In this document: positions 1-8,070 of the stretch, in pieces
Numbering within the stretch: position 1 is the first letter of the stretch
Layout of the letters: each line of letters opens with the position of its first letter
NCBI GenBank assembly: GCA_963932905.1
Contig: CAWVRN010000001.1
Location: 1-64,000 of the forward strand
DNA from: an uncultured Bdellovibrio sp.
GTDB lineage: Bacteria > Bdellovibrionota > Bdellovibrionia > Bdellovibrionales > Bdellovibrionaceae
Reading direction: 5' to 3'
DNA length: 64,000 nucleotides
The notes under the pieces: generated by a model
The model's input: the letters and a program-made list of their open reading frames with translations, nothing else
Told to the model about the DNA's origin: nothing
Database searches by the model: none
Position numbers and translations under genes: made by a program

Positions 1-305
1 GGGAAACCAAGTGAACGGAAATCTTTTATCTTAAGGGCTTGCTTTCTTACAGAAGAAATTCCGTGGTTCATAGGATCGATTAAAATTCGAAACTTTCCTG
101 CAATTGCGCATGTCTCGTCTCCGATCCTCCCAAGTTCGTAGTTGCTATTGATTGTATAGGAGGTCATTTTTACCATAACTGGTTTCGGATCATTGTCGCT
201 AAGTTTGGCGTAGGCTGTGCAATATACGACAGACTCGAACAAAGGCGTCGCCGCGTGAAGAAAATTAGATGATATTAAAATTATCCCTAGTGTGATTAAT
301 CTCAT
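1..305 (-). CDS. Secreted hypothetical protein (runs off the window edge)
   Basis: Hand translation MRLITLGIILISSNFLHAATPLFESVVYC..., open to base 1; AAAGGA RBS upstream; signal-peptide-like N-terminus; not in the ORF track. Confidence 0.6.
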   Translation of the reverse strand, partial: MRLITLGIILISSNFLHAATPLFESVVYCTAYAKLSDNDPKPVMVKMTSYTINSNYELGRIGDETCAIAGKFRILIDPMNHGISSVRKQALKIKDFRSLGF

Positions 306-557
306 TGGTTCGTTCCTTTTTTTTACAGTTTTAGTTGAGCTCTATTTTTTTGCTCCACAAATATATAAAATAGAAAAAGGATCTGGGGAATTGTCGAAAT
401 ACCTATCTTAAGTATCGAGAAATACTATGACTGTAACTGCTCAATTAGTTTCGACTTTTAAAGAATGGCTGATTTGAATTTTTTTCAACTGCATGATCTC
501 ACCAAGAGTTTCGTGCACACCAAGAAATGGCAAAAAAATATCGTAGAATTCCGGGCA

Positions 558-583
558 TAAAAAAACCAGCTCGCGGCTGGTTG
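558..583 (-). terminator. Intrinsic terminator, probably downstream of tRNA-Val before the insertion
   Basis: Minus strand aaccagc-cgcga-gctggtt followed by a T-run; a second hairpin ctcacc-aaa-ggtgag at 596-610. Confidence 0.55.
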
Positions 584-614
584 ATTTAATCTTGCCTCAC
601 CTTTGGTGAGAGAT

Positions 615-644
615 TGGTAGGCCCGAGGTTAGTGTAATCGAACC
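615..644. repeat. Left attachment site (core TGGTAGG plus element arm ending TCGAACC)
   Basis: tggtagg-cccgaggttagtgtaa-tcgaacc resembles the tRNA end tggtagg-gagtacaggat-tcgaacc with a 5-bp longer spacer. Confidence 0.8.
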
Positions 645-846
645 AACCGAGTTAAGCATAGGACGCGCTTATAAGGTTCAGTGGAAGAAAGTAAAACCGA
701 ATTTAGAGGAATTAGCACGACTATATTGGGTTGATGGACTGACGCAGCGGCAGATATCTGAGTTAATCGGTGTTCGTCGAGCAACTGTGGCGGAATCTGC
801 GAAGAAATTTAACCCTGATCAGTTTAAGGCTGACAAGTTAGGCTGA
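622..846 (+). CDS. Start-less helix-turn-helix coding segment; predicted C-terminus of the recombinase in the excised circle
   Basis: PEVSVIEPTELSIGRAYKVQWKKVKPNLEELARLYWVDGLTQRQISELIGVRRATVAESAKKFNPDQFKADKLG*; in-frame TGA at 607-609 and no ATG; in frame with the recombinase across the core. Confidence 0.75.
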   Translation, partial: PEVSVIEPTELSIGRAYKVQWKKVKPNLEELARLYWVDGLTQRQISELIGVRRATVAESAKKFNPDQFKADKLG

Positions 847-865
847 ACATTTGTGTTCAGCCTTT
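840..865 (+). terminator. Hairpin at the stop codon of the HTH segment
   Basis: Perfect 10-bp stem aggctgaaca/tgttcagcct, short T tail. Confidence 0.55.
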
Positions 866-946
866 AGCATTATAACTAGTGTTTTAATTACGGGGCAAGA
901 ACCAAAAGATTTAAGTGTGATCCGTAGGCCACCCTGTTTTCAGAAT

Positions 947-1210
947 TTATTTAACGAAACAACCTAACATGCCCGAGTTCCAAAGACTCACGACCGTACC
1001 TGGCCTACAATATGTAGTTATTGCCACAGTCCAGCGTCCACTGTATTCAGCTTTTTTTCCGTCATACATAAACACGACTGGATCTCCAAATCCACCTGTT
1101 CCCGAAATCTGTACATATCGCCCGCTTTTCATAATTTCTTCTGGACTTAAGTTTGCGGAGAAAGCTAAACCTGATAAAAACAAACTAAATATCAAAACTT
1201 TTAAACGCAT
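947..1210 (-). CDS. Small secreted hypothetical protein (element cargo)
   Basis: 87 aa, signal peptide ending AFS-A, AGGAG RBS, two Cys. Confidence 0.7.
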   Translation of the reverse strand: MRLKVLIFSLFLSGLAFSANLSPEEIMKSGRYVQISGTGGFGDPVVFMYDGKKAEYSGRWTVAITTYCRPGTVVSLWNSGMLGCFVK

Positions 1211-1474
1211 AAAATCTCCTATTAAATTTTAGCCGTATTGCTTTTTGGTTTACACCTGTTTAAAACAATGACACAGCCTTGGGTTAAAAACCTATCCACG
1301 CGACCTTAGGTAAGAGAAGCGTGTTATTGTTTTAAAATTTCAAATTGAAGGCCAAAGAATTATTTTTTCGAACAAACCCAAATGAAATAATAACTACCTT
1401 TGTCTATTCAGACTGAGTAATTTGGTCAAACACCGTGATATTCGATTTAAAATCTAAACCGTACAGCTTTAACC

Positions 1475-1939
1475 TTATTTCGATGTTCTTACATGCCTAT
1501 TCCCACCACTTAAAACCTGGACCTGCGGCACATTTTTAAATCTTTGGGTCTTATTGGTATAAATAAAATCATCGGTCACAACCCAAAGCCTAAGTCCAAG
1601 AAATTTCAATATCTGTAACAGATACTTAAAATTAGGATTCCCGTCCTGCCAAAGCATCCGGTACAGGGTCGTTCGTGGTATTCCAGTTTTTTGTGAAGCC
1701 TTTGACATGCCGATTTTAGATAAAATCAAATAAAGACCTCTACGAAAATCCTCAAGTTTTTCTGAACGATCAAATTCAAAACAGGTTTTTAAAAACTCGC
1801 TGTACAAATCTTTTTCTGCAAGGTCTGTTTGCATTTCTTCTTTAGTGTAACTGCGGGATGCGCGTTCCTTTTTAATCAAGACTGCATACATTTCTCGAGC
1901 TTTATAGATATTGTCGTATCTGATCTTGTTTTTAGGCAT
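1475..1939 (-). CDS. HTH protein, HI1420-like addiction-module antidote family
   Basis: GMSKASQKTGIPRTTLYRMLWQDGNPNFKYLLQILKFLGLRL fits the family pattern. Confidence 0.7.
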   Translation of the reverse strand: MPKNKIRYDNIYKAREMYAVLIKKERASRSYTKEEMQTDLAEKDLYSEFLKTCFEFDRSEKLEDFRRGLYLILSKIGMSKASQKTGIPRTTLYRMLWQDGNPNFKYLLQILKFLGLRLWVVTDDFIYTNKTQRFKNVPQVQVLSGGNRHVRTSK

Positions 1940-1956
1940 GTTACATTAATGTAACA
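1939..1956. promoter_or_regulatory. Perfect 18-bp palindrome, putative operator at the HTH gene start
   Basis: tgttacattaatgtaaca; overlaps a TGnTACATT extended -10-like element and the ATG. Confidence 0.6.
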
Positions 1957-2210
1957 CAATTGGACTAAAGGCAAAAAATATTTTTTGAATTTAATTTTTC
2001 ATTTTATTTTCAAAGAGTTAGATATCAAAATAATTTCTTTATTATGCAAACTCGTTTGGTGTCATATTGCCGTTTGCTGATAAATTAGTTTTTATCTCAC
2101 TAAAAAATCGTGTGGGTAACGCATTTACTATATAGTAAGAGAGAAAATTCTCTGACTTAGACTCAAATTTAAAAATTGGCCAAGCCAATAACAATAGCCT
2201 CAAAAAAACT

Positions 2211-2228
2211 TGTTCGGAAATCCGAACA
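2211..2228. promoter_or_regulatory. Palindrome upstream of the rep-like gene
   Basis: tgttcgga-aa-tccgaaca. Confidence 0.4.
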
Positions 2229-2425
2229 CATTAAAAATTTTAAAATAAATCTTATAGAGAGAATAAATTTTTATTTATTGAATTACACTTGGTTATTGTC
2301 ATAGATTAGCATTTCAAGGATCAACATAAGATCTATCAAGAGTCTCAAAGCGCCAAAGAGCGCACATCAATAGCCACAAACAAAATATATTTGCTCGTTT
2401 ATTATCGAGCTTTTTTCCTAAAGGG

Positions 2426-3373
2426 GTGGAATTTATGCGTCTTAATAGATCGCAAAGTGCAACATTTGTTAAAAGAAAATACAAACGTAAAACAACCAGA
2501 AAATTATCAGCTAGTGACATTCAAGTTTTAGATTTTCTATGGACCTGGAAAGTAGCAAGTACACAAATTCTAAAGATTGTAGCATTTAAAGGTAAAAGTG
2601 ATTGGTGGGTGTATAAAGCGATTCGCCAATTAATTTCAGAAAAATACATTATGCCACTTCCTCGTGGCAAATATCTAAACCAAGAAGTCTTAACTTTAAC
2701 AGAGCTTGGATTTGAAGTGGTGCTGATGGATCGTGACGACATTCAACAATACAGATTTAAACCTCATGCTCCAGCACATGATTACTTTGCAACTTGTCTT
2801 CAGCTGGGTGATCTTTGGCTATCAGACTGTCAGAAAGTGTTTTTCACTGAACAAATGTTGGCAAGTTTGAGATCGAATAATTTTCCCAGCAACTATGCAA
2901 GTGGCGAAGGACATTTACCTGATGGTATTACTCGTTTACAAAATGGTTTAAAGTCTGTGGCCGTTGGCTACGAAGTTGATCTCAATTTAAAAGAAGAAGA
3001 TCGCTATATTGAAACGATTCGGTATTACGAGAACATAGAAGATATTTCAATTGTCATTTGGCTAGTTCGCAATGACTGGATCGCTGAAAGAATATCTAAA
3101 GTTATAGCTGCTGATGGCAGTCGGTATAAACCAAAACAGTTTTCATTTATCAGGCTTGATGATTTTAAAAATCAAGTATGGGATGCAAAAGTTTTTCGTG
3201 GCGCAAATGTGGGCTTAAGTGTCCGCAAAATCCATACAAACCTTATGCAAAGCCTGGGCAAAACGGATGCAAACATAGTGCAAAATAATTTAAAAGATAT
3301 TTTCTTTTCAGATTATAAAAGTCCACAAAAATCAAGCTCTTACGGAAAAACTGAAAACACAAAAATTGATTAA
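2426..3373 (+). CDS. Replication-relaxation (Replic_Relax)-like protein: winged helix plus PD-(D/E)xK-type domain
   Basis: N-terminal wHTH (..LTLTELG..), PAHD, HLPDG...GYEVDLNLK motifs; ATG start at 2435 possible. Confidence 0.55.
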   Translation: MEFMRLNRSQSATFVKRKYKRKTTRKLSASDIQVLDFLWTWKVASTQILKIVAFKGKSDWWVYKAIRQLISEKYIMPLPRGKYLNQEVLTLTELGFEVVLMDRDDIQQYRFKPHAPAHDYFATCLQLGDLWLSDCQKVFFTEQMLASLRSNNFPSNYASGEGHLPDGITRLQNGLKSVAVGYEVDLNLKEEDRYIETIRYYENIEDISIVIWLVRNDWIAERISKVIAADGSRYKPKQFSFIRLDDFKNQVWDAKVFRGANVGLSVRKIHTNLMQSLGKTDANIVQNNLKDIFFSDYKSPQKSSSYGKTENTKID

Positions 3374-3480
3374 CACCCTATGGGTTAAGGGTAGATATAT
3401 ATTCTTATCCATAGGGTCACACAATCAAGAGCCTCAGACAGAAAAAATGAATAAATAAATCTAAATGAAAGGAAATAACT

Positions 3481-4050
3481 ATGAGTCATAACAATGACAA
3501 TAGTGGAATGCTTTATATTGGTGGAATAGCGGTGATTATAATTATCATTGGTTTTTTAATTAAAATTTTAAAATCAATCATGATTGAATTATCGCAATTA
3601 TTTACAGCTATCGGAAAAATGGCTGAGGCTTTTATTTCAATGGCGTGGCAAATAGCGCAAATTATGGGGTTATTAGCTTTAGGTGTTGCTGCAATTTACG
3701 CAGCTTGGATATTTTCAAAGAAATACTACAAGCTGGTTAAAGATGCGACTGAGGTCAAAGCACAAATTGAAAATAGATTTTCAAATCTGCAATCAGAGTT
3801 TGAGGATGCGTTTAATTTGTTAAAACGAAATGCAATTCGAGAAATCAGCCAAATGCGCAAAGAATTGGATGATGCTTTAAAACGATCCGAAGTTGTTCCA
3901 GAAATTCCCAGCATATCAACTGAATCACCAACTACTTCGGATTCCAATCAATTAGCTGCATCAATAGCTAACCAATCAAACGATGAGCAAACTCATCAAC
4001 TAACGACTCAACTACAAGATGCACCAAAAGATATTTCAAACCCTTTTTAA
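3481..4050 (+). CDS. Membrane protein with two hydrophobic segments and a coiled coil
   Basis: 189 aa, GAAAGGA RBS. Confidence 0.7.
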   Translation: MSHNNDNSGMLYIGGIAVIIIIIGFLIKILKSIMIELSQLFTAIGKMAEAFISMAWQIAQIMGLLALGVAAIYAAWIFSKKYYKLVKDATEVKAQIENRFSNLQSEFEDAFNLLKRNAIREISQMRKELDDALKRSEVVPEIPSISTESPTTSDSNQLAASIANQSNDEQTHQLTTQLQDAPKDISNPF

Positions 4051-4069
4051 ATAAAGGGTGCGGGGTTAA

Positions 4070-4294
4070 ATGGCTAAACGATCTGGGCGTAAAAGGTGGG
4101 AACCAAGTTCTATTCGAATTAAACAGGAAAAGGTCAGTGATGAACGCTTTGAGCAATTACTTGCTGAAGTGGGCGAAGTTTTATATAAAAGACTTCGTGA
4201 CAAGGTCAGAGTTCAAGATGAACAGACGACTAAGTCTTCTTCCACTGAACCTTTTTTAAGACTCGGCAATGGTGAAAAACCAAAAACCGCTTAG
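4070..4294 (+). CDS. Small protein directly upstream of the recombinase (candidate directionality factor)
   Basis: 74 aa, basic N-terminus, stops 13 bp before the recombinase ATG; function is inference. Confidence 0.5.
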   Translation: MAKRSGRKRWEPSSIRIKQEKVSDERFEQLLAEVGEVLYKRLRDKVRVQDEQTTKSSSTEPFLRLGNGEKPKTA

Positions 4295-4307
4295 GAAAGG
4301 ACATTTC

Positions 4308-6128
4308 ATGAAAAAAATAAATATAAAAAATCAATCTGGTTACAAGATCGGGATCTATGTTCGTGTTTCAACTGAAGAACAAGCTGAGAACCCCGAAGGT
4401 TCAATTAAATCACAAGAACATCGTTTAAGGGAATTTGTTAAACACAAAAACTCATTTGAGCCCTTTGGTGAAATCGTTGAATTTTACTGTGATGCAGGTA
4501 TCTCAGCAAAAGATACCAATAGACCAGCGTTTCAAAGAATGATGGATGATGCAAGATCCAAGAAAATCAATATGATTTTAATTACTGAATTATCACGGCT
4601 TACAAGATCTATTCGTGATTTTGCGAACCTTGTTGAAATGCTGGATCAGTTAGAATGTCAAATATACTCACTAAAAGATCAATTTGATTCCTCAACAGCG
4701 GTTGGATCTTTTTCAATGTTTTTAATGGCAAATTTAGCTCAATTTGAACGAAAGCAAATTGGTGAAAGGATTTCAGCGAACTTCTTATCAAGAGCTAAGC
4801 GTGGACTTTATAACGGTGGCAGTGTGCCGTTAGGATATAAAGTCAGCGGCAATCGCGATGGAAGGCTTGAGGTTATCCCAACTGAAGCTGAAACAGTTCG
4901 GGATATATTTAAAACTTTTTTAACTGAAGGCACTTTGTCGTCTGCAACAAAAGCCCTAAATAAAAAGAAAATCCACCTTGTTCGTAGAAAAGAAGGCGGC
5001 GGTCAGCCAAGAACTGGTGTTGTGATGCTGGAATCACTTTATAAAATGCTCACAAACCCAGTTTATATTGGTATTAGGACTTATCAAGAAAACGGCAAAG
5101 AGTATTCAGTCAAAGCTCAGTGGGAACCAATTATCAACGAGGAAATATTTAGACGTGTTGGTGAAATTTTAAAGAAAAACAAATCGAGGAAAAAATCTTC
5201 ACCAAAAAGATGGCCTTATTTATTGTCTGGGTCTTTGTACTGTCAATGTGGACATCGTATGTCTGGTAAGTCCGCTCATGGCAACGGTGGAAAGATCGCT
5301 TACTACGATCATGCGTGGACAGCCAAAATTGAAAACGCAACAGCTGAAAAATCAAAACGCTGTGATCCACAACGGGTATTAGCTGAAAAGCTTGAGCCCA
5401 TTGTGTGGAAAGCCGTTAAAGATTTTTTATTGGTTCCAGAGTTTTTCACGGAAATTTTGCTCGAAGCTCAAAATCAAAGCGAGTTACAAACGCCAAAGCA
5501 AGATATTGAGCGAAAGCAAAATAAGATCTATGAAATCAACATGCAGCTTGATGCCTTGTCAGAGCGCCTAGGTTTACTGCCAAAGTCAGTCAACCCAAAG
5601 CATGTCTTTGTTCAAATGGAGCGCTTGTCAGTGCAAAAAGATGGCTTAGAAAAAGATGTCGCGGAATTAAAACGAAATAACGAACGGGAAAATGTTGCGG
5701 TTGGTATGGCTGATTTTAATCAGTTTAAGGCTGTGGTTGTGGATTTATTGGAAAATGAAAATGATCCTGTGGTAAAGACTGCGATCATTCAAAAGATGGT
5801 TCACAAAATTATTGTGAAAAGTGATGAAGTTGAGATTTTCTTTTACGTTGGTGAAAAGTACTATAAACGAGAGCTTGCAATTGCAGGCTCTCGCATTTTA
5901 TCAATAGCGCTTGGTGGTGATGGAATTAACAAGGATGTAGTGCCAGAAAAAAGGCACACGTCGGCACTCCCTGTTTTTCACGGGAACCCGAAGACATCCG
6001 AAATTTTAAATTTAAAACCGAACTTTTTTTATGACGCTGGTTCGAACAGCTTGAAAAATGGTAGGGAGTACAGGATTCGAACCTGCGACATCCACCTTGT
6101 AAGGGTGGCGCTCTACCAACTGAGCTAA
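4308..6128 (+). CDS. Large serine recombinase (integrase), integrated-state form of 606 aa
   Basis: YVRVST catalytic motif, DAGISAKDTNRPAFQRMM, SRLTRS, recombinase domain, zinc ribbon CQCG..YYDH..C, coiled coil; AGGAAAGG RBS favours the 4308 start; 3' end runs antisense through the tRNA. Confidence 0.95.
   Translation: MKKINIKNQSGYKIGIYVRVSTEEQAENPEGSIKSQEHRLREFVKHKNSFEPFGEIVEFYCDAGISAKDTNRPAFQRMMDDARSKKINMILITELSRLTRSIRDFANLVEMLDQLECQIYSLKDQFDSSTAVGSFSMFLMANLAQFERKQIGERISANFLSRAKRGLYNGGSVPLGYKVSGNRDGRLEVIPTEAETVRDIFKTFLTEGTLSSATKALNKKKIHLVRRKEGGGQPRTGVVMLESLYKMLTNPVYIGIRTYQENGKEYSVKAQWEPIINEEIFRRVGEILKKNKSRKKSSPKRWPYLLSGSLYCQCGHRMSGKSAHGNGGKIAYYDHAWTAKIENATAEKSKRCDPQRVLAEKLEPIVWKAVKDFLLVPEFFTEILLEAQNQSELQTPKQDIERKQNKIYEINMQLDALSERLGLLPKSVNPKHVFVQMERLSVQKDGLEKDVAELKRNNERENVAVGMADFNQFKAVVVDLLENENDPVVKTAIIQKMVHKIIVKSDEVEIFFYVGEKYYKRELAIAGSRILSIALGGDGINKDVVPEKRHTSALPVFHGNPKTSEILNLKPNFFYDAGSNSLKNGREYRIRTCDIHLVRVALYQLS
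6039..6083. repeat. Right attachment site (element arm GGTTCGAA, core, tRNA arm)
   Basis: ggttcgaa (6039-6046) is inverted to ttcgaacc (6076-6083) around TGGTAGG. Confidence 0.8.
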
Positions 6129-6134
6129 CTCCCT
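6059..6134 (-). tRNA. tRNA-Val (anticodon TAC)
   Basis: 76-nt cloverleaf: acceptor stem AGGGAGT/ACTCCCT, anticodon arm CCACC-CTTACAA-GGTGG, GGTTCGAATCC T arm, encoded CCA. Confidence 0.98.
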
Positions 6135-6189
6135 GTCGGTAAGAGAGTCTTGTTTAGCAAAGACCCTCTGGCTTGTCTACAAAAAATAA

Positions 6190-6762
6190 TTACTGAAGTT
6201 TATTTCGGCAATTTGGACTTATTAAAGTTCCCGGATTCACACGAGCCATCGAGAAATGCGTGAATGTATAGCTGTTTATCGCTGCAATCGACATCATGAC
6301 CACGTTGCCTTCGTAAGAAGATGGTACTTTTTTCACAAACGAGCTCGCTGCAAAATTTCTAAGGTTCAATCGATAAACCTCGCGATTTTGTGCATTTCTT
6401 AGCGTCGCGTAGATCACTTTTGATGAACTCAAGCTGCCAACTCCCGCGCCCATTACCACACACGTTCTTGGATCCATTTGTTGGATGTATAGAATACGGC
6501 TGTTTCCATTTTGGTTTACAACTTTAAATGTGAAGTATGACGTTGGGATATCGCCTTGTCTTAACATCCATGAACCAGACAACAACATCCACGAAATTGG
6601 CTCTTCTTTGCCCCATGGAACTGGAATTAAGCTATCTCCGTCTAATAAATAATCATTTCTAGGGTAAGAAGGACCGACCGTAGGTGCCGACTGGGCAATA
6701 CAGCTAGTTACTATTAAAATAACTATTAAAAATTGCTTAAAATACTGTTGTAGCCACTTCAT
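6190..6762 (-). CDS. Exported hypothetical protein
   Basis: GAGGAG RBS before MKWLQQ; hydrophobic N-terminus. Confidence 0.7.
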   Translation of the reverse strand: MKWLQQYFKQFLIVILIVTSCIAQSAPTVGPSYPRNDYLLDGDSLIPVPWGKEEPISWMLLSGSWMLRQGDIPTSYFTFKVVNQNGNSRILYIQQMDPRTCVVMGAGVGSLSSSKVIYATLRNAQNREVYRLNLRNFAASSFVKKVPSSYEGNVVMMSIAAINSYTFTHFSMARVNPGTLISPNCRNKLQ

Positions 6763-6772
6763 AGCGTCTCCT

Positions 6773-7906
6773 CTAGATTTCAAAATGCACTTTCACAGCT
6801 TTATTAAAGTAATAACCGTTTTTAGCTCTGAAAAGGTATTTTGGTTTGTCGTACTCGGGTTCAATCAACTTCCGCAGTCGTTTAATCGTCACATAAATTT
6901 TGTTGTCATGAACACTTGGATCATAAGGCTGCTTCCAAACGTTTTCTACTAGGTACTCTTTCGAAAAAATCACGCCTTGATTTTGGATAAACAGTTTTAA
7001 CAGATCAAGCAAGATGAATTGGTTTTTGAAATCAATGCGACCAATTTTTTGTTCCACTACTAAATGGTTAGCTTCATCAAAAAGTACGTCGAAGTTTGTT
7101 TGAACTTCGCCGCCAATTTTTTCTAAATTTGTTTTAAGGATTCGAGCCAAACGCACTTGATTACGTTCATCAACCATTCTGAGCGCCATATTTAGATACA
7201 AACGGGCTGAATCTTTATCGCCCATATCCAGATAAGTTACGCCTAGCATGCCCGTGATTGAAATATGGGTAACGATTTTCTTGCACTCTTTTAATTCTTC
7301 GTAAGCTTCCCACATGATGTTCAAAGCTTCGTCGTATTTCTTTTGGATTCTGAAAATATCAGCATTCAAAAGTTTGGCAGATAGTCGGATTTCTGGAAAA
7401 TTATAAACTTGGAAAAACACATGCAAATTATAGACTTCTTTCAAAGCCTCAGCATAACGACCCATCATGAAGTACACTAGACTGATCATGAAGATCGCGT
7501 TGCAAATGTCCTCTTTATCATCTTCTGTGAGCGCCAAAGATAAAGATCTTTGAGCATAATCAAGAGCCACTTCGTGTTGACCCTTATAGCTCGCGCATAA
7601 AGACAGGGTAAAATAAGTTTTAGAATTAAGAGAAAAACCTTCTTTTAAAACTAAATCTTGTAGCTGTTCTTTTGTAGCATTGATTTCATCGAAACGTTCA
7701 CGTTCCGCATAGATTCTAAGGAAATTGTTCTGGCATTTTAGATAACCAGAGAAGTTCTTTTGCGCAAAATAGATTTGAGCCGCTTGGTTCAAGAATCCCA
7801 TAGCACTATCATAATCACCACGATCACAGTGAAGTTTGCCTAGCTCAAAAATCTGATCAACAGACGATGTATAAGTCGTCTGGATTTCCGCCGTTTGGTT
7901 TATCAT
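6773..7906 (-). CDS. TPR-repeat protein with C-terminal OmpR-type winged-helix DNA-binding domain
   Basis: TPR-like helices; LLKLFIQNQGVIFSKEYLVENVW...IYVTIKRLRKLIE...GYYF. Confidence 0.85.
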   Translation of the reverse strand: MINQTAEIQTTYTSSVDQIFELGKLHCDRGDYDSAMGFLNQAAQIYFAQKNFSGYLKCQNNFLRIYAERERFDEINATKEQLQDLVLKEGFSLNSKTYFTLSLCASYKGQHEVALDYAQRSLSLALTEDDKEDICNAIFMISLVYFMMGRYAEALKEVYNLHVFFQVYNFPEIRLSAKLLNADIFRIQKKYDEALNIMWEAYEELKECKKIVTHISITGMLGVTYLDMGDKDSARLYLNMALRMVDERNQVRLARILKTNLEKIGGEVQTNFDVLFDEANHLVVEQKIGRIDFKNQFILLDLLKLFIQNQGVIFSKEYLVENVWKQPYDPSVHDNKIYVTIKRLRKLIEPEYDKPKYLFRAKNGYYFNKAVKVHFEI

Positions 7907-8070
7907 TACCGTCCTTAATTTAGACCCTAGGTAATGTCAGATTCTGTCTTGATGGTCAATCTCTGCAGCCTTAGAACTTACAAAATCCAACTAGCCAGTA
8001 AATAGCTGAAATAACTTGTGATTTGTCTGCACATATTTAACGCAAGCAACAATTCTGTCATTTTATTAAA

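Larger units (their letters stand above)
615..6065. mobile_element. ~5.4-kb serine-recombinase integrative element inserted at the tRNA-Val 3' end
   Basis: TGGTAGG at 615-621 and 6059-6065 (tRNA CCA end); recombinase abuts the tRNA; ggttcga/tcgaacc arms rebuild a symmetric 50-bp attP; no capsid or conjugation genes. Confidence 0.85.

Noticed and set aside
615..644. Second tRNA gene or tRNA pseudogene
   Set aside because: Only the CCA end and T-loop motif are present, with the wrong spacing and no cloverleaf; better explained as an att arm.
969..1232. 87-aa plus-strand ORF
   Set aside because: Antisense shadow of 947-1210, which has the RBS and signal peptide.
4269..4307. Longer recombinase start from the ORF track
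   Set aside because: It overlaps the upstream ORF, and the strong RBS precedes ATG 4308.
615..6065. Prophage or ICE
   Set aside because: No virion, lysis or conjugation genes.
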